This document shows positions 14,627 through 27,105 of a stretch of 64,000 nt of DNA, piece by piece. Origin of the DNA: the human T2T-CHM13v2.0 reference genome, Homo sapiens; NCBI GenBank assembly GCA_009914755.4, contig CP068257.2, forward strand, positions 28,384,001 through 28,448,000, read 5' to 3'. Below the pieces are notes generated by a model. It saw only the letters and a list, made by a program, of their open reading frames with translations. It was not told the origin of the DNA and did not search any database. Each line of letters begins with the position of its first letter. Within the stretch, counting starts at the first letter, position 1. The position numbers and the translations under genes are program-made.

Positions 14627-14815
14627 TCTCTCTCTCTCTTTATATATATATGTGTGTATGTGCGTGTGTGTGTGTGTGTGTGTGTGTATACACTGTATAT
14701 ATATTCATGGATTATGACATTTTCATAGATATATACTGCATGTATATACAGATGAATATAGATATAGATATAAAGATAGAAAAATAGATACATATTTATG
14801 TACTTGCACACACAT
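14627..14815. repeat. Compound microsatellite (CT)n(TA)n(GT)n plus TA/GA-rich low complexity
   Basis: ctctctctctctt tatatatatatgtgtgtatgtgcgtgtgtgtgtgtgtgtgtgtgtgtata ... atatagatatagatataaagatagaaaaatagatac. Confidence 0.9.
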
Positions 14816-16991
14816 AGCTACCCTCCTCTCCACCTCTAAACCACAAAGTAACTGATATAGTGTCGTCTTGTGTCAGTAATTGGTTATTTTTTTCTGATTG
14901 GCATGATAACTCTTTCCAAGTTCTCTGGTTCTAGCCCTGACCACTCACTGTAGGTCAGGGGAGGAGGTGATCCTGGCCTCACCATCTTCCCAATGTATGT
15001 CATCTTCCTGGCAACAGCATTTGTGCCAATCAGTGATCATGTGACTTGAGAAAAGCCAATCCCAAGGCTTCCCTGAGACTGAAATTTCTTTCTCTGCTGG
15101 GGATTCCAAGATGGGGCTGTTAGCAGTAATATCGTTTACTTTGTGGAGAGGATCTATTGCAACAGAAGAAATAAATAACTCGGAGGAAAGTCAAGCAGAG
15201 ATGTACAAGAATCTTAGGGAATTCCTGAAACCTGCCTTCCTATAGCTTCCTTTCTCTTTGACATCCTTTCCCAAATTATTGTTGTGGACCAATAATTGAG
15301 TCTTTTGCTTATGCTGATTTGAGTAGGATTTTATCACCTGTATTTGAAAGAGTCTCAAATAATGTCAGTGTATTTCTACATTCATATTCATGCAGGATTT
15401 TTCTCAGCCACTTTGCCAGTTGAGGACCTCCATGGCCAGCGATGTCTCCACCTAAGCCTTGCTCTACAACAGGCCTGCCACAGGAGGCACCCTGTCCACT
15501 CAGCCTTCTGGGCTATGCCTGGCTTGCACGCTGGTCCGCATCCTACACTCACCGCGGGGTCCGCGCTCAGTTTGCAGCTCGTACCTGAGTTTGGAAGTTC
15601 CCACGTTCTTGTCCCGCCTCCAAGAAGAATGAGGTTATGGTGACAATCAAAAAGTGAAGATGGGGGAGAAGAATTTTACTGAGCGATGGAACAGCTCTCA
15701 GTGGGGAGGGGATGCAAGGGTGGTCCCCCACCCAAAGTCGGGTGGTCTTTCCCATAGTGTGGCTGCATCCAGGGCTTTCAAGGCTCAGAATGGGGGAGTG
15801 CATGCTGATTGGTGTGTGAGTATACAAAAAAGGCTAAAACAAAGGCACCACTCAAAGATGGGCATGACATTGTAAAAAACCAAATGTGGGAGGGGTAGAT
15901 ATATATAAAATAGGTGAAAGGTGAGGATCAATCAGAGGAGGGCGGACCAAACGGGAAGGGAGGTTCTCAATCTGGTCCAGGGCTTTACTTGGGACTTGTA
16001 GCTTGACTTTCAGGCTATAAACTGTCTTTGGTTTGAAGGTAGAGTTTCACCAGGGACCTGCTCCTATCTACCTAGGGATTTGTTTGCCTCCTGCTGCTAT
16101 CAATATTTATTCACCTTCTTTCTATTTTGATCTCCATATTGCCAACAAGTTCAACATTTGTATAGCAGGTTAGACTTAAATGTTAGACTTAAATTTCTTA
16201 GGCAAGTAACCAAGGAATTCTCACTTAGGCAAACAAGGAAACTGTTATTGGACCAGGTTAGAAATTGAACTGGTTTGGTGTTGAACATACTGACGTAAAG
16301 CTAGACTTTCACTGGGAAAGGCAAAGAAAGGGGATTTCCCTGACAGCCTCCAGAGGGAACACCTTGAAACTGAAGTATACTTATATAGTTATCAATACCA
16401 TACTTCTATAAGTTAATCAATTTGTGTTGTTTTTAAGCCACTGAGTTTGTGGTGATTTGTTTTGCCAGCAGTAGGAAACTAATCACTTGTCAACTGCCTC
16501 ATCTGAATCTCAGTTGTCAAGAGAGAATACCCCTGATGTGTGGCTTCTTTTGCCTCTCCAGTAAGGCCTGACCATATCACTTCCTGCTGTGCGGTAGTGT
16601 CTTGAATTCCCAACCTTTCATGTCTTTAGGGCTGAGCAGGATGGAAGGATAGTCCCACCACTAACTTCGGCTCCCTGCCTCTTTTGCCCATCTCTCAACT
16701 ATGGCACTGCCAGGCCCCATCTTACTGTACAGTGCTTATTAGTTTTCATTGGCTGCAGCCTTCACTCTGGGACTAAGCTTGAATCTAAGTATAAGATCTT
16801 CTTCTTTAGGGCAGTGTTTCTCATTTGCTGTACCCCAGGGCTGGGAAGCCCTGTCCTATACATCACCAGTTTGGTAGATTTGAGAGAGAAGGGGATTTGG
16901 GGGTGATACATTTCTGTTTGCCTCTGGACTCTGCAACAAACTAGTAGCAGAATTTTGAACAAGTTGCTTTATTTTTGTGAGTCACAGAATC

Positions 16992-17258
16992 TTCCCTCCT
17001 TCCCTCCTCTTCTCCTCTCCTTTCTTCTCTCCTCTCCTCTCCTTTCTCCTCTCCTTTCTCCTCTCCTCTCCCTTCTCCTCTCCTCTCCTATCTCCTTTCT
17101 CCTCTCCTCTCCTCTCTTCTCTCCTCTCCTCTCCTCTCCTCTCTTCTCCTCCCCTCCCCTCCCTTCCCTTCCCTTCTCCTTCCTTCCTTCCTTCCTCTTT
17201 CCCTTCCCTCCACTTCCTTTCTCTCCCCTCCCCTCCCCTCTCCTTCCCTTCCCTTTTC
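16992..17258 (+). repeat. Long polypyrimidine (TC/CCT-rich) tract; complementary strand is polypurine
   Basis: About 267 bp made almost entirely of c/t: cttccctcctccctcctcttctcctctcctttcttctctcctctcctct...cccttcccttttcc. This explains the proline/serine/leucine-rich and arginine/glutamate/glycine-rich six-frame ORFs at 16955-17332. Confidence 0.9.
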
Positions 17259-18450
17259 CAAATGTAAAAAAAAGATAATGTCCACCTCTTCTTAGTAATG
17301 TAAGAACTCTCTAACTGAACAAACACATACAAAAAATCTGGATTCTCTGAAAGTGTTCAACAAAAGCTTCATTAATCACCTTTCTTGAACTTAGTAACAA
17401 AACAAACAAACAAGGAAAAACACAATTGAAAACTTAGCAAGATTAAACTGCCTTAAAAGACCAGGCATTGCACTCTGTGCTAGGTCTAATAAATGAAAAC
17501 AAAAACAGTAACTTGGTGGATACATGTTATTACATATTTGTTAAAACTCATAGGTTGTACAACACCTAAAGTGAACCCTAATGTAAGCTATGGACCTAAG
17601 GTAATAATTATGTATCAATGTAGGTTCATCGATTGCAATAAATGTAGCACTCTGGTGCAGAATGTTGATTGTGAGGGAGGCTAGCGGGGTAGGGGGAGGA
17701 AGGAGTCCATGGTAGTAACCCTCTGTACTTTCTGCTCAATTTTGCTGTGAACCCAAAACTGCCCTAAAACATAAAATCTTTAAAAAATTAATGTCATCAA
17801 ATAAATCTACAAACCCCTGAGTAGAAGAAATGGATGTCAACGTAGTGAGTGTGTCTCATGGGCAAGGGGGTAAATTGCAGATTCAGGGAAAGCTGGAGGA
17901 CCCTTTGCCTTCAACTGCCTTCTCTTTTTGTGCACAAAAGCTAATTCTTTCACAATTTCTTACAATGTGTTATATTGTATTTTCCACTGAAAGCCACCAG
18001 CATACAACTATGAATCAGAACTCATATAAGGGCTCATAACTAGGGTAACTTCTTAGTTCAGTCTATATTGCTCTGGTCCCTTATCTGGAATATTTGTTCT
18101 CCCCTAAGAACATTATAAAATCTGTTTAATGTGTTAAAAATCACAGTATGCTAAATGCTATTTCTTAAGAAAATTCACCCATGTTATTTCTTGTTAATAT
18201 TTAACCACAAAAAAAAAGATAATGTAAAAAAATACATGGAGAGAATATTATTTCTTCTGACTATTGGGGAAAAAGTCTCTAAAGTAGAGTTTTTAATAAT
18301 ACTGAGTTTGGGGATGCCTCAATCACCTCCACTTAAATCCGAGAATTTTTTCTGTAAAGGGCCAGACAGTAAGTGTTTTAGGTTTAATGGGTCTTGCTTT
18401 CTCTAGGACCACTACCGAGCTCTGCTGTTGGAACACAAATGTAATCATAG

Positions 18451-18689
<239 letters not shown>

Positions 18690-19049
18690 TAAAAACAGGC
18701 TTACGGGCCATAGTTTGCATACCTTTGATTTAAATCCTTGTGCTACCCTTTGTCATGTCATACACATTGCATATTCTTCAGAGCAAGCGGATAACTAAGT
18801 AAGAAAGCACCTTATAATCCAGAACCCCAACCATCACTGTTCTTACACTTGCTCATTCCGTAATTCAGAAAACATTCATCAAATTCTAGCTCTGCCCATA
18901 ACATTGCAGAATGTCTTTTTATTCCTCTTTTCATCCAGTATTCACGATTGCCGCCCTTAATTGAGCATTTCTCTATCTGGATTCCCTTCAGAGCTTCCAG
19001 CAGCCCTGAGTCTGCCTCAGTGTTGTTTTTTTTTTTTTGCTAGAGGATT

Positions 19050-19105
19050 AATATATATGTATTTATAATGTATATATACACATATTATATATGTATATAT
19101 AATAC
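19050..19105. repeat. TA-rich low-complexity / (TA)n-like stretch
   Basis: taatatatatgtatttataatgtatatatacacatattatatatgtatatataatac. Confidence 0.6.
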
Positions 19106-20062
19106 ATGTTAAAACGTTTACAGAATGTTTCTGCTATCTATAAATGATTTTAACTTTCCTGCCTGTCATATATTTTATGTAAATACTAGAATAAAAACAT
19201 TTTAAAAATACAGAAATGTGTGATGAATACAGGAAATGCCATCTGCAATTCTCCCACCATATAGATCTTAGAGTTTTGAACTGTATTTAGTGGAAACTAG
19301 TCGCTGCCTCTCAGCCACTAGAGGACTAATATCTATGATTATTAGAGAAGTTGAAATAAAGTGTCTTTCTAATGACTCTTTCTCAAAGCAGATCACAGGT
19401 TGATTTAGTGAAACCAGGTCGTCAGTATGCGGCCAAGTGTTGCTGGTGCCTGCTCTAAAGCAATATGAGGTGGGTCACTTCTCCTTTCTTATCAGCAGCC
19501 ACTCAGATCTCTTCATTCGTCTTTATTCAGGAAGCTCTTAGAATTTCCCACTGGTATCCTTATCCTGTCCTTCTAAATTTAATTCTAAGACCAAGGCCAC
19601 ATGTTATATTGGTCAGATTAGTTAGACCCAGAAAATATGAGAGATATCAAAACAATTTATTTCACTTGGAAAAACAACACTTTAAGCAAAATTCAAACTC
19701 TATTATGTCCAGGAAAGCTTTTGGTGACTTTTCCAGACTTCTGGTGAGTGTAGAATAATTGACAAGTGGAGCTTGTTTGTCCATGGAGTGAAGAAGAATG
19801 GGTGATTTAGTAAATCACAGGCTGAAATGCATTTTAATAAACAACTTCCTTATTCAGTTCAGCATTTGAATGTCTTGTTGCTTACTTTGATTTGAGGTCT
19901 GCAATATCTAAATCTTTTTCAAGTGTTTCACAAAAATAACCTTTCCATGTGTTACTCACCCAAAGCTTCATTAATTAACTCTCCTGTGGTCAAAAGGTGA
20001 ATAGAAATGATTTGTGGCAATCCTCTCCCATGGACCAAAAGATGCCAATTATCTCCCATTAA

Positions 20063-20487
<425 letters not shown>

Positions 20488-21382
20488 TCTTTTTCCTTTT
20501 ATAGGAAGCAGAATCACCTGCTTTTGCTCATTCCCAAATATGATTTGGAAACAAGATAATGTTAGCTGATCTTTCTCTCCACTTGTTAGGTGTTGCAACA
20601 CTTGTAGTTCTGTCACCCTCTGATCCTTGGAGGACTGAAGAACTTTAGCAGAGAGGGAGAGTAAGAGTCCATGATAAAATAAAAATAAAGAGAAGAAGAT
20701 GGGAGAAAAGCAACCTAGACCATCTACAACAGAACTTACAGAAAAAAGACAAGAAAGGGACAATTTATTTTTACAAAATAGTTAATATTTTCTCTTTTGG
20801 CAAGCATAATGAATTTTTATTTTGCATTTTTATTTGGATAATTTTCGATTTCCCAAATACTTTAGATAGTCTTAATTTTTGTTATCTGTGTACTTTCTCC
20901 TCAACATGCTCAGAGATACTTTCTTAACTTATAAAAAGAAATTAGTCCTCATTTTTAGATGAAAGCTCAGTTTAAAGAAGTCAGAGCCCCCATAGACAGA
21001 AACAGAGCCCGTTCTTGCTGGGTTGGAGTTACATGGAGCCCCCCAGCAACACCCTTCTCATGTGAAAGCACAAAGGCAGTGACTCATGTGGTGCATTTGA
21101 AAGATTCAGAATGCCCCTTCGCTGCAGAATATCACCCTTACTGTTCCCAGGGCTGCAGTAAAGTTCCTTCATTTAAGTCCTTTTTTAAAGGATAAAATCT
21201 GATAGCAAGTAAGAAAAACATTTACTTCCTTGAATTTGCTAATTATACCTCCAGACAACCACGATAAAGAAGCTAAATACATGTGTCATAGGATGGTTTC
21301 TTGTGACTGAAATGATGGAAGGAAAAGGAGAAGAGGAAGGCAGGTGAGGACTTTGCTATAAACGTTTATTGATTTCAAATGA

Positions 21383-21520
21383 TCCCCTCCCTCTTTTCCT
21401 TCCTGCTCCCTAGCTCTCTTTATCTGTCCCTCCTTCTCCCATTTTCCTTTTCTTCTCCTTCTCCCTTTTTTTCTTCTTTCATTCTTCTCTTTCTTCCTTC
21501 AATTCTTCTTCAATATTCAG
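21383..21520 (+). repeat. CT-rich polypyrimidine low-complexity tract
   Basis: cccctccctcttttccttcctgctccctagctctctttatctgtccctccttctcccattttccttttcttctccttctcccttttttt cttctttcattcttctctttcttccttc. Confidence 0.7.
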
Positions 21521-22406
21521 TGGAAAAGCCATTGCATGGGAATGAACACAATGGCCATTGACACAGGAGGAAGGAAGGAAGGCACAGCAGTCTGTTGGGG
21601 ATGCAGGATATGAGTATGACAAGAAGGGCACCTGTGGAAAGTTGGGGTGCAGGGTGTGGTAATGAAGGTGGCCAATCAGAAGTGGAAAGAAGAGAGCATC
21701 TGCAGGAAGGTGAGGACAGAGTAGCTTGGTCCACAGAAGGAGGAACAGCTAAAGCTAAATCAGGGTGGTTTGAGCCTGATTGTGGTAAGGGGGACATTTG
21801 AGAAAGAGGTTGCAGCAGGTGGTGAAGTGTAGGGGGCAGGTCAAAGCTAGGTGGGGGCAGCTGTAGTTAGGAGCTTGGGCAGAGTATCGAATGCTGAATT
21901 AAGGGTGGCATATCCCTTCCACTTTGGGAGCCAATAGTGGTCCCTAGCAAGTTGTCGAGATTGTGAGTAAGGACCAGAGGACACCTGTTGGGAGGTATAT
22001 GACAGATCAATGGTAGATTGGTTACATCCAAAGACAATTCTTATAGTAAATTGATATTAGAAGTTAAACAGAAGCCAGTTTTTCACTGTTGGGAATAGAT
22101 TAAAAATACAGAAATGGGGAAAGTTAGAAATGAATCTTTTGTAGTTGATTTAGAATTGGAGTTATTAATGTTAACTTATACCTTTCAATACATATTTAGG
22201 TAGGGATAATTAATGATGTAAATGGCTTATTGCTAAATTGTTTTTTTTTTAATTGTTGAACTGTGAGAGTTCTTCATACATTCCACATACGAGTCCTGTA
22301 TCAGATGTATCTTTTTCAAATATCTTCTCCAAATTCTGTGGGCTATATTTTTCTTTCTTGATAATGTCCTTGAAAGCACAATGCTTTTAGTTTTGATAAA
22401 TTCTCA

Positions 22407-23109
22407 GTGGCTCACACCTGTAATCCCAGCACTTTGGGAGGCCGAGGTGGGCAGATCGTGAGGTCAGGAGATCGAGACCGTCCTGGCTAACATGGTGAAA
22501 CCCCGTCTCTACTAAAAGTACAAAAAATTAGCCAGGTGTGGTGGTGGGTGTCTGTAGTCCCAGCTACTCGGGAGGCTGAGGCAGGAGAATGGCATGAACC
22601 CGGGAGGTGGTGTCAGGCCTCTGAGCCCAAGCCAAGCCATCACATCCCCTGTGACTTGCACATATACATCCAGATGGCCTGAAGTAACTGAAGATCCACA
22701 AAAGAAGTAAAAATAGCCTTAACTGATGACAATCCACCATTGTGATTTGTTCCTGCCCCACCCTAACTGATCAATGTACTTTGTAATCTCCCCCACCCTT
22801 AAGAAGGTTCTTTGTAATTCTCCCCACCCTTGAGAATGTACTTTGTGAGATCCACCCCTGCCCGTAAAACATTGCTCTTAACTTCACCATCTATCTCAAA
22901 ACCTATAAGAACTAATGATAATCCACCACCCTTTACTGACTCTCTTTTCGGACTCAGCCCGCCTGCACCCAGGTGAAATAAACAGCCATGTTGCTCACAC
23001 AAAGCCTGTTTGGTGGTCTCTTCACACGGACGCACATGAAAGGTGGAGCTTGCAGTGAGCCAAGGAGCACCACTGCACTCCAGCCTGGGCGACAGAGACT
23101 CCATCTCAC

Positions 23110-23137
<28 letters not shown>
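22407..23137 (+). mobile_element. Alu SINE inserted into the L1, 12-bp TSD gataaattctca; itself split at 22610/23042 by a 431-bp LTR insertion
   Basis: gtggctcacacctgtaatcccagcactttgggaggccgaggtgggcagatcgtgaggtcaggagatcgagaccgtcctggctaacatggtgaaaccccgtctctactaaaagtacaaaaaattagccaggtgtggtggtgggtgtctgtagtcccagctactcgggaggctgaggcaggagaatggcatgaacccgggaggtgg | insert | ggtggagcttgcagtgagccaaggagcaccactgcactccagcctgggcgacagagactccatctcacaaaaaaaaa. TSD gataaattctca at 22395-22406 and 23139-23150. The L1 sequence is continuous across the TSDs. Confidence 0.85.
22611..23041 (+). mobile_element. Solo LTR of HERV-H type (LTR7-like) nested inside the Alu, flanked by 5-bp TSD GGTGG
   Basis: Begins tgtcaggcctctgagcccaagccaagccatcacatcccctgtgacttgcacatatacatccagatggcctgaagtaactgaagatccacaaaagaagtaaaaatagccttaactgatgac, has aataaa in ggtgaaataaacagccatgttgctcacacaaagcctgtttggtggtctcttcacacggacgcacatgaaa, and ends there. 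This matches my memory of the LTR7 start and R/U5 end; HERV-H internal sequence would continue with the His-tRNA primer-binding site tggtgccgtgactcggat, which is absent here, so this is a solo LTR. The Alu sequence ggtgg is duplicated on both sides (22606-22610 and 23042-23046). Confidence 0.6.
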
Positions 23138-23140
<3 letters not shown>

Positions 23141-26100
23141 TAAATTCTCATATATATCAACTTTTCTCTTTTGTCACTTGTGGTTTTGGTGTCATCTTGA
23201 AGAGACCATCACCTAACCCAAGGTTACAGAAATTTATGCCTATTTTTTCTTCTAAGGAGTATTATAGTTGTTGGCTTTTATACTTAGCTCTATAATATTT
23301 TTGAACTAATTTTTGTAGAAGGTATGAGGTAGGGATTCAACTTCATTCTTGTGTCAACTTCTTTGATGCGTCCACTAGAAATTATTAATTACAGGAGAAC
23401 TGGATACAGGAGGTGGCAGGGAAGACTCAGTCAGTCCTCAGCTCCACCATCAATGACCCACAATAATACATAAATCGGTGGGAGTGGGCAAGGAGAAGAG
23501 ATAGCATAACAGGCAGTGATAGCACAACCCCCAACCCCGCAAGCTACCTATAGTTGGGTAACAATTTTTCAATACTTTCTGATAATTTTTGCCTTATGAT
23601 GAGAGCATTTAACTCATTAATATTTAATGTCAATGCTGATAAGACAGGATTTACATCTTCCATATTGTTAGTTGATTTCCATGTCTTAAGTCATTTTGTG
23701 TTGTTCCATTCTTTCCTTATTTCCTTCTTCATATTAAGAAGATATCTTCTGGTATGCTTTTTAAATTCTGTTTTTTAAAAAATTATATTTTTAGTTATTT
23801 TCTTAATGATTTCCTGAGAAAGGACAAACATATATTTATACTGTTTTATATGTACTTATATAGTTGCTTTCATCAGTGCTATTTATTTCTTTATGTAGTT
23901 TAGATTTACTATCTAATCTCTTTTTATTTCAGACTGAAGGACTCGTTTTCATACTTCTTATTGGGTAGGACTGCTTGCAGCAAATTCTCAGTTTTTGTTT
24001 TTCTGGTAATGTCTTATTTTCCATTCATTTTTGAAGGATAGCTTTGCTGGCTATGATTGACAGGATTTTGGGGTCTGCCCTTTCAATATGTCATCCCACT
24101 GTCTTTTGGCCTCCATCATTTGTGGGAAGAAATCAGTGGAAGAAGTTAAGGAATCTTATTGAGGATTCCTTGTATGTGATGAATCAGTTTTGCCTTGTTT
24201 CTTTCAAGATTGTCTCTTTGTCTTTCATCAGTTTGACTATGATGTGTCTAGGTATGGATTTGAATTCATCCAATTTGAATTCATTGAATGGATAGATTAA
24301 TATTTTTCATCAAAGTTGGGATGTTTTTGGTCATTATTTCTTTAAATATTCTTTGTGTCCCTTGTTTGCTCTCTGTTTCCCTTCTGAAATTTCTATTTCT
24401 ATTATGCATATTTTGGTAAAATTGATGGGGTTTCACAGCTCTCAAAAGGTCTTTTCATTTTTCTTCATTCTTTTTTTTCTGTACCTCCCACCAGACAATT
24501 TCAACTGACATATGTTCACTTTTGTTGATTCTTTGCTGGCTCACATATGTTGTTGAGACCCTTCAATGAATTTTCCATTTCCTTTATTGTACTTTTCAAC
24601 TCAAGAATTTCTATTCAGTTCTTTTTTATATTTTGCCTTTTTATTGATATTCTCTTTTTCGTGAGACATTATGCTCATACATTCCTTTAATTCTTTAGGT
24701 GCAGTTTTTGGAACATGTACTATCTGATTTAAAGATTTTATTTATCAATTTCAGAAGCTGGACTTCTTCAAGTTAGTTTCTATTATCTGTTTTTTAAAAC
24801 TCATTTATGGACTATAGTTTCCTGGGGTTTTTTCGCCAGTCACATACAAGTTTTTATCATGTTAAAAGCTGAACATTTTTAATATTATAAAATGATAACA
24901 CTAGAAATCGAATTTTTCTCCCTACCCAAGGTTGTCTGTTGTTGCTGCTTGTTTGTTTAGTCATTTTCCAGGACTAATTCTATAAAGTCTGTATTCCTTG
25001 TCATGTGCAGCCCCTGAGGTCTCTGCTCAGCATAGAGGTCAGATAATTTTATTAGATAGAATTTTTCCAAATGCCTTGAACCAATCTGTTTACTACCCAT
25101 TGCTGAGGCACCAATATGCTGACAGTGTGTTTGAACACATTTTCATCTTTATCAGTTTTCAATTTTATCTTGATTTTTACTTTCTACTTGTTCAGAGCCT
25201 CAAGATCAGCCAGAGGTGGGAGATTAATGCACATGATTTCCTGGGCACCTGTGCATGGGCTTTGAGATTTCCAGGAATACAGAGAATCTTTGTCCAGCCT
25301 CTTTGCCCAGTTGGCATCACTGCATTAGGCAGCTGCAATGTTAAGCAATTGCTGATGGATTTTTTTTTTAAACAAATTCCCTCAGATAAAACTTTTCTCA
25401 CTGAACAAGCTCAGGTCAAGTATAGACCAACTCCATGAATGCAACCTTTGCAAAAAGCGTGAAAATAGTGTTGATTTTCTGGAGATAGGGCTTTTGGGAG
25501 CTTCAAGCTCATTCTAACTCGCACTCACCCTGTTACTGTTATTTTTCCTAGCTACCATGATTGTGAGGATTCTGGTTTTTAGGGCTTTCATGGAATTAGG
25601 AAAAGAGGAATAGAGCAAGTGCAAACCTCACAGAGCTCATTGTTATTTATAACATTAAGCTGTTTTTCTTGAATAAAGCTGCTCATAGTGTTGCAAACAT
25701 TTGGATAATTTCCACAGCTCCCAAATACTTGATTTTGATAAAGTTTTATAGTGACCTTTTTGCTTTTATGCAGTGGATTTTTGGAGTTCCTTGTATGTCT
25801 ACCAACTCTTTAGTTCCTTGTATTTATCGCTTTTCATTGACCATATTCAGCTCACTTAATCGAATAAGCATAGCTGCTTCATTAATTAGGGTTCAGTGGT
25901 TCTTGGAATCTATACATATTTCCACTGTGATGCCATAATAGCTTTAGTTTCTTATTTTTTACGTTATTCATTGAGCTCATACCAACTATCCTTACCTTTC
26001 CTAGTAATATCCAAAAATGGCATGGTCTTCTTGGGAACAAGACAAACTCCCAGTTGTCTTAAATTCACCTTTATTTTGACTTCTCTATTAGCAGTTACAT

Positions 26101-26923
26101 TTTGTTATGTAAGCTGCATTTCATATATATGCTTGACAATTCACACTGCAGGGAGAGCTTCATTATTTTTCCATTTCCATAGAAATGGCCATCACCACTA
26201 ATTTACAAAGGAAAATACTCTCCAGCCTTATTTATTATTGACAGTGGTTAATCAGGAGTAAACTAATTTTTGAACCAGTAGCCAAAGGCTTATGTGACAT
26301 CATAATCTTGAAGTAAAGTGCAAATAATGTAGTTTATAGTGTTTATTATAAACCAGTATGCTTTTTTGCCCCTTTTCCTTAAATTGACCATTATAGAAGT
26401 TGCAAACCTTCTTGCTATTTTTCAGTAGTTGCCTAAAATAAACATCCCCCATCCTTCTTGTTTTCCCTCTCTCTTTTGTCTCAGCATTCTTTGTTTACTT
26501 TCCCAATAATATTTTAACCTAAGAGTACTAAGTCACTAATTTCAATAGCTGCAGTGCTGCTTTATTCCACAAGAGGGCACTCAAATGGCTTTCTTTCTGT
26601 GATATTCTAATTTCCCACTTTTTTCATATTGTTTGTTTTCCACAGTGGACTTTGAGGACAGATCTATCCCAGAGTCCTCCACTAAAACCAAGAAGATACA
26701 TATATACTTATAAATGTAGTTAATTTCTTGGAAACACTGAAGATTTATATGTTCTAGAAATCAGAAGGTGAAAAGGAAGAGATTGAGATAGACCAGTGTT
26801 TTATCCATGACAATTCCACCTGCTTTCTCAGGGAAGGCTTTGGACTGCTAGCAGACATGACTCCTGAAAAGAAGGCGAAGCACCTGGAATATCTCATATG
26901 CCTATTCGATCATTTCCAAACTA

Positions 26924-27083
<160 letters not shown>

Positions 27084-27105
27084 CATCATCATCATCATCA
27101 TCATT
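27084..27105. repeat. (ATC)n microsatellite
   Basis: catcatcatcatcatcatcat, directly 3' of the FLAM; it gives the MMMMMM run in the antisense ORF. Confidence 0.8.

Larger units (their letters stand above)
22236..25200 (-). mobile_element. LINE-1 element, antisense and rearranged: ORF2 3'-region (22236-23440), then ORF2 5'-end/ORF1 antisense (about 23560-25100); the central ORF2 (about 3 kb) is missing
   Basis: The antisense L1 reads gagttcttcatacattccacatacgagtcctgtatcagatgtatctttttcaaatatcttctccaaattctgtgggc.. (like the L1 antisense gagttcattgtagattctggatattagccctttgtcagatgagtaggttgcgaaaattttctccc), then ttgaactaatttttgtagaaggtatgaggtagggattcaacttcattc (like ttgaattaatttttgtataaggtgtaaggaagggatccagtttcag). 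From 23560, catttaactcattaatatttaatgtcaatgctgataagacaggatttacatc (like the ORF1-ORF2 spacer, antisense) and ggatagctttgctggctatgattgacaggatttt..aatatgtcatcccactgtcttttggcctcc..gattccttgtatgtgat..tttgactatgatgtgtctaggtatgg..gttgggatgtttttggtcattatttctttaaatat are collinear with the antisense of the L1 ORF1 C-terminal region. The 5' limit beyond about 25200 is uncertain and may extend toward 26200. Confidence 0.6.

Noticed and set aside
16955-17332. Proline/serine/leucine-rich (+) and arginine/glutamate/glycine-rich (-) ORFs of 96-116 aa
   Set aside because: Both lie entirely within the 267-bp polypyrimidine/polypurine tract. The amino-acid composition is dictated by the CT or GA repeat.
22799-23160. 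101-aa and 68-aa minus-strand ORFs
   Set aside because: They span the LTR7/Alu junction and the Alu poly(A). They are composite-repeat artefacts.
24998-25438. 146-aa + strand ORF
   Set aside because: Lies on the opposite strand of the L1 ORF1/5' region, and its frame is an accident of the antisense strand.
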